Below are positions 46,729-51,304 of a DNA stretch of 51,304 nt, one piece after another. The notes beneath the pieces are model-generated. The model ran no database searches. It saw only the letters and a program-made list of their open reading frames with translations, and was not told the origin of the DNA. The position numbers were made by a program, and so were the translations under genes. Source of the DNA: Ferroacidibacillus organovorans (lineage in GTDB: Bacteria; Bacillota; Bacilli; Alicyclobacillales; SLC66); NCBI RefSeq assembly GCF_001642725.1, contig NZ_LSUQ01000017.1, positions 1 to 51,304 on the forward strand, written 5' to 3'. Every line of letters begins with the position of its first letter. Position 1 is the first letter of the stretch.

Positions 46729-47595
46729 GTGTGGAAAGTCGGCGATTTGGTGGTTCGGCCATCGTATGGCAGAGATGTTTGCTTTGTCATTACGCGGGTT
46801 GATCTTGAGGCGGGCACTGTCGAGCTTAAGGGCTTGGACGTGCGCCTGGTCGCGGATGCTCCGTTTTCAGATCTGATGTTGATTACCGAAGATGATTTTA
46901 CAGACTATCGTCGCGCACAGGCAAAAATAGAACAGGATACCATTCGGCTTGTCCAATTGCGACGTCAGGCGGATCGCGATAAAAACAATTATCGCTCAGA
47001 GCGAAGCAGGCATCCGTATGATTTTTTTGAGCGTCCCGGCCGTGTGCTGCACCTCGATGGGGATGGAACGTATTTAGAGAAATGCATTCAGACCTATCGT
47101 CGTCTCGGTGTCCGTGCGGTCGGGAAGAATCTTGACGAGTCAACCATTGCAGAACGCATCCCTGATCTGCTTGAACAATACGCGCCTGATATTCTGGTCA
47201 TCACGGGACACGACAGCGTCATGCGAAAGCAGCGCGGTGAGTCGGAGGTCATGCACGTAGGGAATTATCGCAACTCGGAGCATTTTGTGCGGGCGGTGCG
47301 GGCCGCGCGAAAGTATGAGCGCAGCCTTGACGAGCTTGTCATCTTTGCTGGGGCGTGTCAGTCTCACTATGAGGCGCTGCTTGACGCGGGGGCAAACTTC
47401 GCGAGTTCTCCCGATCGCATCATGATTCACGCGCTGGATCCCGTGTTTGTGGCTGAGAAGGTGGCGTTTACGCCGATTGGTGAAACAATTGACATCTATG
47501 CGGTTGTACAGTCTACCATTACGGGGACGGAAGGGCTTGGGGGTCTTGAGTCGAGGGGGAAATATCGGATGGGATTGCCGCGATCACGGTATTGA
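46729..47595 (+). CDS. yabG: sporulation peptidase YabG
   Basis: PGRVLHLDGD, ITGHD, AGACQSHYE and GANFASSP motifs. Confidence 0.96.
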   Translation: MWKVGDLVVRPSYGRDVCFVITRVDLEAGTVELKGLDVRLVADAPFSDLMLITEDDFTDYRRAQAKIEQDTIRLVQLRRQADRDKNNYRSERSRHPYDFFERPGRVLHLDGDGTYLEKCIQTYRRLGVRAVGKNLDESTIAERIPDLLEQYAPDILVITGHDSVMRKQRGESEVMHVGNYRNSEHFVRAVRAARKYERSLDELVIFAGACQSHYEALLDAGANFASSPDRIMIHALDPVFVAEKVAFTPIGETIDIYAVVQSTITGTEGLGGLESRGKYRMGLPRSRY

Positions 47596-47609
47596 GTGAT
47601 TGCGGCGTG

Positions 47610-47680
47610 TTGACAAACAAAAAGATAGCTTGCTATAATATTCGACCTAATTTGACTTCCTCTTTGTGCTGTGTTACACT
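47610..47680 (+). promoter_or_regulatory. tandem SigA promoters of veg
   Basis: TTGACA-N18-TATAAT (47610-47639) and TTGACT-N17-TACACT (47652-47680). Confidence 0.75.
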
Positions 47681-47706
47681 GACAGTACTGAAAAGAGGTG
47701 GAGTTT

Positions 47707-47985
47707 GTGGCTGCTAAAAATGCCTTAAATGACATCAAGCGTAACTTGGAAGGCCTCGTCGGTGAAAAAATCCTTTTGCGTGCAAATGGTGGTCGCAGAA
47801 AGACCGTTGAACGAACGGGCGTCCTCGAAGAAACGTACCCCTCTGTTTTTGTTGTCCGTCTGGATGAAGCGGAAAATTCTTTTAAACGTGTGTCGTATAG
47901 CTATGCAGATATTCTCACTGAAACGGTTGAACTCATGGTGTGCAAGGATGACTTGCATGTCAAAGTCGGTGCAGACACGGAATAG
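47707..47985 (+). CDS. veg: Veg family protein
   Basis: [17 protein letters not shown] and [14 protein letters not shown] motifs. Confidence 0.96.
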   Translation: MAAKNALNDIKRNLEGLVGEKILLRANGGRRKTVERTGVLEETYPSVFVVRLDEAENSFKRVSYSYADILTETVELMVCKDDLHVKVGADTE

Positions 47986-48016
47986 GTGAAAGGATCAACC
48001 TTTTTACAATGTGAAC

Positions 48017-48051
48017 AAACGGATCGCATCTCATGCGGTTCGTTTTTTTTT
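48017..48051 (+). terminator. intrinsic terminator of veg
   Basis: AAACGGATCGCAT-CTC-ATGCGGTTCGTTT hairpin plus T tract. Confidence 0.8.
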
Positions 48052-48106
48052 GTGCAAAATAGGGAACAAGTATCAATAGGACGCGATTCTCAAAGGGGGT
48101 ACGACC

Positions 48107-48289
48107 ATGGGACGAAGACGAGGCGTGATGTCAGAGCAGTTCAAGTATGAGCTCGCTAAGGATCTTGGCTTTTACCCCACGCTAGAACGTGAGGGTTGGG
48201 GTGGGATTACGACGCGCGACGCAGGGAATATGGTAAAACGGGCCATTGAGATTGCTGAGGCGTCGCTCACGGCGCGTGAGAGGACCTAG
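48107..48289 (+). CDS. sspF: small acid-soluble spore protein SspF
   Basis: [22 protein letters not shown]...[19 protein letters not shown]. Confidence 0.93.
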   Translation: MGRRRGVMSEQFKYELAKDLGFYPTLEREGWGGITTRDAGNMVKRAIEIAEASLTARERT

Positions 48290-48317
48290 TCTGACTTGTT
48301 TTTGAGAGTATGCTCCT

Positions 48318-48352
48318 ACAGGGTGGTTGGTTTCTGCCACCCTGTTTTGTTT
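48318..48352 (+). terminator. intrinsic terminator of sspF
   Basis: ACAGGGTGG...CCACCCTGT hairpin plus T tract. Confidence 0.75.
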
Positions 48353-48490
48353 CATTTGTCGCGCGGGTTTGTATAACCTGAAAAGAATCGGAAAGTCTAG
48401 AAGTGCCAGTTCAAAAGTCAGGAATGGGATTCATGTTTTTTAATCATCGCGATTTGTGCGCGGGTCAGTGTCGTGACCAGGGGGATAACC

Positions 48491-49315
48491 ATGACGAAAC
48501 AAAAAGGACCGCTTGTAATTGTCGGCGGTGCCGAAGATAAAAAAAATGAAATGATCATTCTTCGCGAGTTTGTAAGGTTGTCAGGAGGGACGCACAGCAA
48601 GATTGTCGTGATGACTGTTGCGACGAAGCTTCCCATAGAAGTCGGTGCAGAGTATGTCGACGTGTTTGAACAGATTGGCGTTGCTGATGTACGGACGTTC
48701 GACGTCTCTTCGCGTGAGGACGCCAATCGCGCGAGTGCCTGTAAAGCGATCGAAGAGGCGACAGGCGTCTTTTTCACAGGTGGTGACCAATTGCGGATCA
48801 CCACCCTTTTAGGTGGAACGAATATGGACGCGGCGCTCCAGACGGGTCTTGAACAAGGGCTTGTGCTCGCAGGGACAAGCGCCGGTGCCTCGATGATGAG
48901 CAGCACGATGATTGTAGAGGGAATCGCTGAGACCAATCCGCGCATGGGCATTGTGAACATGGCGCCAGGTATGGAATTTCTGGACGGTGTCGTCATCGAC
49001 CAACATTTTGCGCAGCGTGGACGCCTTGGCAGGTTGCTTTCGGCCGTCGCGCAGTATCCACACCACCTCGGGCTTGGCATCGATGAGGATACGGCAATCA
49101 TCGTCAAAGAGACAACGTTTGAGGTGATCGGACGCGGCGCGGTATCCGTCGTTGACGCCGGAGCGCTCCTGTATTCCAACCTGCAAGATTTGCGACACAA
49201 CGACGCGTTGGCGCTGGGTGGCGTAAAACTTCATGTGCTTCCCGCAGGCTATCGGTTTTCGCTGCGCGAGCGCACGCTTTTGACGGGACAAGATTCGAGG
49301 AGTGGAAACGCGTGA
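48491..49315 (+). CDS. cphB: cyanophycinase
   Basis: VGGAEDK, FTGGDQLR, GTSAG (Ser), DQHF..RGR and GIDEDT motifs. Confidence 0.95.
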   Translation: MTKQKGPLVIVGGAEDKKNEMIILREFVRLSGGTHSKIVVMTVATKLPIEVGAEYVDVFEQIGVADVRTFDVSSREDANRASACKAIEEATGVFFTGGDQLRITTLLGGTNMDAALQTGLEQGLVLAGTSAGASMMSSTMIVEGIAETNPRMGIVNMAPGMEFLDGVVIDQHFAQRGRLGRLLSAVAQYPHHLGLGIDEDTAIIVKETTFEVIGRGAVSVVDAGALLYSNLQDLRHNDALALGGVKLHVLPAGYRFSLRERTLLTGQDSRSGNA

Positions 49316-51304
49316 AGGTCATCCATTATCGTTATCTCGACGGTCCAAATGTGTATCTCCATCGACCCGTTCTGGTCATGCGTGTCGATCTTGAAGACTT
49401 TACGGAGCGTGAGAGCTATGAGTACCGCGGATTTGTCGAGCGCATCCTGGCCGCGTTGCCAGGACTCTACGATCACCATTGCGCAGCGGGGAGACCTGGC
49501 GGATTTGTCGAACGGTTATACGGTGGCACCTATTTTGGGCACATTATCGAGCATGTCGCGATCGAGATGCTCACACGACTCGGATATACCTCCAATTTTG
49601 GAAAGACGCGAAACGCCCTGTTTCCAGGAATCTATGACATCATCATTGAGTGCAAGAACGAGACGGTCGTGCGCAGTGTGTTACAGGTTGCGATGGAATT
49701 CGTCGAAGCTTGCGCAAAACAGTATGCTTACCCACTCGAGGAGCAGATGATTCAGTTGCGCAAGCTCGTCGCGCGAAGTGAGCTTGGTCCAAGCACCGCT
49801 GCGATTGCACAGGCTGCGGCGCGACGACAGATACCTGTGCGGCGTGTGGGCGCAGGGAGCCTTTTGCAACTCGGATATGGAAAATTCAGGCGTTACGTGC
49901 AGGCGACGATGACACAGATGACCTCGGCGATCGGCGTTGACATCGCGAGTGACAAAGCGCTCACCAAACAAATTCTCGACGAGTGCGGAATTCGCACGCC
50001 ACTTGGCGTAGTGACCGAAAAGGTCGAAGAAGCGCTTCAATTTCTGCAGACGCATAACGTGCCGATAGCGCTAAAACCGCTTCACGGCAACCAGGGGCGC
50101 GGGGTCACCGTAGACATCCGACATCCGCGCGAAGTAGAGGCGGCGTTCGCCTTCGCGCAGTCGATCTCTCGCGCAGTCGTGGTGGAAGAGTATGTGCGGG
50201 GGCGGCAGTATCGGCTGCTGGTCGTCGATCAACGCCTTGTTGCGGCGGCTGAACGTGTCCCAGCGCATGTTGTGGGCGATGGGGTTCACGCTATTCAAGA
50301 ATTGATCGAGCGTGTCAATCTTCACCCCGAGCGCGGAGAGGATCACGAAAAGCCACTCACGCGCATTGTCGTTGATCAGGCGGTCTTGCGCCAACTGGAG
50401 AGACAAAAGCGTACGCTGCGCGACATTCCACGCTACGGAGAGCGTGTGTGGCTGCGTGACAGCGCCAATCTAAGCACAGGTGGGATCGCGATTGATGTGA
50501 GTTGCGACGTTAACCCATTTTTTGAGCGACTGGCGCTTCGCGCGGCGCGCGCGGTCTCGCTCGACGTCTGCGGCATTGATCTCATCGCTGAAGATATCGC
50601 ACAAAGAGGTGATCCACAGAGCTATGCGGTAATTGAAGTGAATGCGGCGCCTGGAATTCGCATGCACCACCATCCGAGTATGGGCGAGTCGCGTGATGTC
50701 GCGGCGGCGCTCGTTGATCACATCTACCCGCGCGGCATGCCAAGCCGTATCCCGATCGTGAGTGTGACGGGTACAAATGGCAAGACTACGACAACGCGCC
50801 TGATACGCCACATTCTACGCGAAACGGGGCTCACGGTGGGGATGACAAGTACGGAGGGGGTGTATGTTGACGAGGAGTGCGTCCTCGCGGGCGATACGAC
50901 GGGCCCGCAGAGCGCTCGGATTGTCTTGTCAGACCCGCGCGTGGAGGCGGCGGTGCTTGAGACCGCGCGTGGAGGCATTCAGCGTGCAGGGCTCGGGTAT
51001 GACGTGGCGGATGTAGGGATCATCACATCACTTGCGGATGATCACATCGGGCAAGATGGCATCACGTCCGTTGCGGATATCATCAAAATCAAATCGCTGA
51101 TTGTCGAGTGTCTCGCGACGACAGGACTCGCAGTGCTAAACGCTGACGTTCCTGCACTTGTCGAGCTCGCGGAGGCGCTGCGCCACCCTGTCGCGTTTGT
51201 CAGCCGATACGCAGACAATCCTGTCATCACACGCCACCTCGCGCGCGGCGGCATGGCTTTCTTTCAACGCGACGGGTGGCTCGTCGAGGCAGCGGGATCG
51301 CTTG
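49312..51304 (+). CDS. cphA: cyanophycin synthetase (partial, runs off the window; absent from the ORF track)
   Basis: GTG overlaps the cphB stop; translates to GPNVY, GTYFGHIIEHVAIE, LGPST, KPLHGNQGRG, ANLSTGG, EVNAAPGIRMH, VTGTNGKTT and ETARGG. Confidence 0.96.
   Translation, partial: MKVIHYRYLDGPNVYLHRPVLVMRVDLEDFTERESYEYRGFVERILAALPGLYDHHCAAGRPGGFVERLYGGTYFGHIIEHVAIEMLTRLGYTSNFGKTRNALFPGIYDIIIECKNETVVRSVLQVAMEFVEACAKQYAYPLEEQMIQLRKLVARSELGPSTAAIAQAAARRQIPVRRVGAGSLLQLGYGKFRRYVQATMTQMTSAIGVDIASDKALTKQILDECGIRTPLGVVTEKVEEALQFLQTHNVPIALKPLHGNQGRGVTVDIRHPREVEAAFAFAQSISRAVVVEEYVRGRQYRLLVVDQRLVAAAERVPAHVVGDGVHAIQELIERVNLHPERGEDHEKPLTRIVVDQAVLRQLERQKRTLRDIPRYGERVWLRDSANLSTGGIAIDVSCDVNPFFERLALRAARAVSLDVCGIDLIAEDIAQRGDPQSYAVIEVNAAPGIRMHHHPSMGESRDVAAALVDHIYPRGMPSRIPIVSVTGTNGKTTTTRLIRHILRETGLTVGMTSTEGVYVDEECVLAGDTTGPQSARIVLSDPRVEAAVLETARGGIQRAGLGYDVADVGIITSLADDHIGQDGITSVADIIKIKSLIVECLATTGLAVLNADVPALVELAEALRHPVAFVSRYADNPVITRHLARGGMAFFQRDGWLVEAAGSL

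Overview
51-kb origin-proximal segment of an endospore-forming Bacillota (Bacilli; Alicyclobacillaceae-like by inference). The backbone is purA, tRNA-Lys/Glu/Val, a ~20-kb accessory/metabolic block (nitrilase-fold protein + acetyl-CoA synthetase, MFS, MarC, NiaR-type regulator, ZTP-riboswitch-controlled purT, a two-component system, two asparagine-synthetase-family genes, proline iminopeptidase, BNR-repeat protein, deoD, gmk-like), then the conserved tadA-tRNA-Ser-SRP RNA-dnaX-ybaB-recR-bofA-csfB-tmk-darA-holB-yabA-rsmI-abrB ... metG-tatD-rnmV-rsmA-yabG-veg-sspF run, and cyanophycin genes cphB-cphA (cphA runs off the end). The main finding is a sigK (late mother-cell sigma factor) gene between abrB and metG that is split at codon ENE|ILM by a 6,254-bp skin-like element. 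The element carries no phage genes. It has a large serine recombinase with a SigE/SpoIIID-like promoter, a small candidate directionality factor, and a LacI-regulated sugar ABC importer. Joining the two TGA cores restores an intact ~252-254-aa pro-SigK. Product calls come from motif recognition only; no database searches were run.
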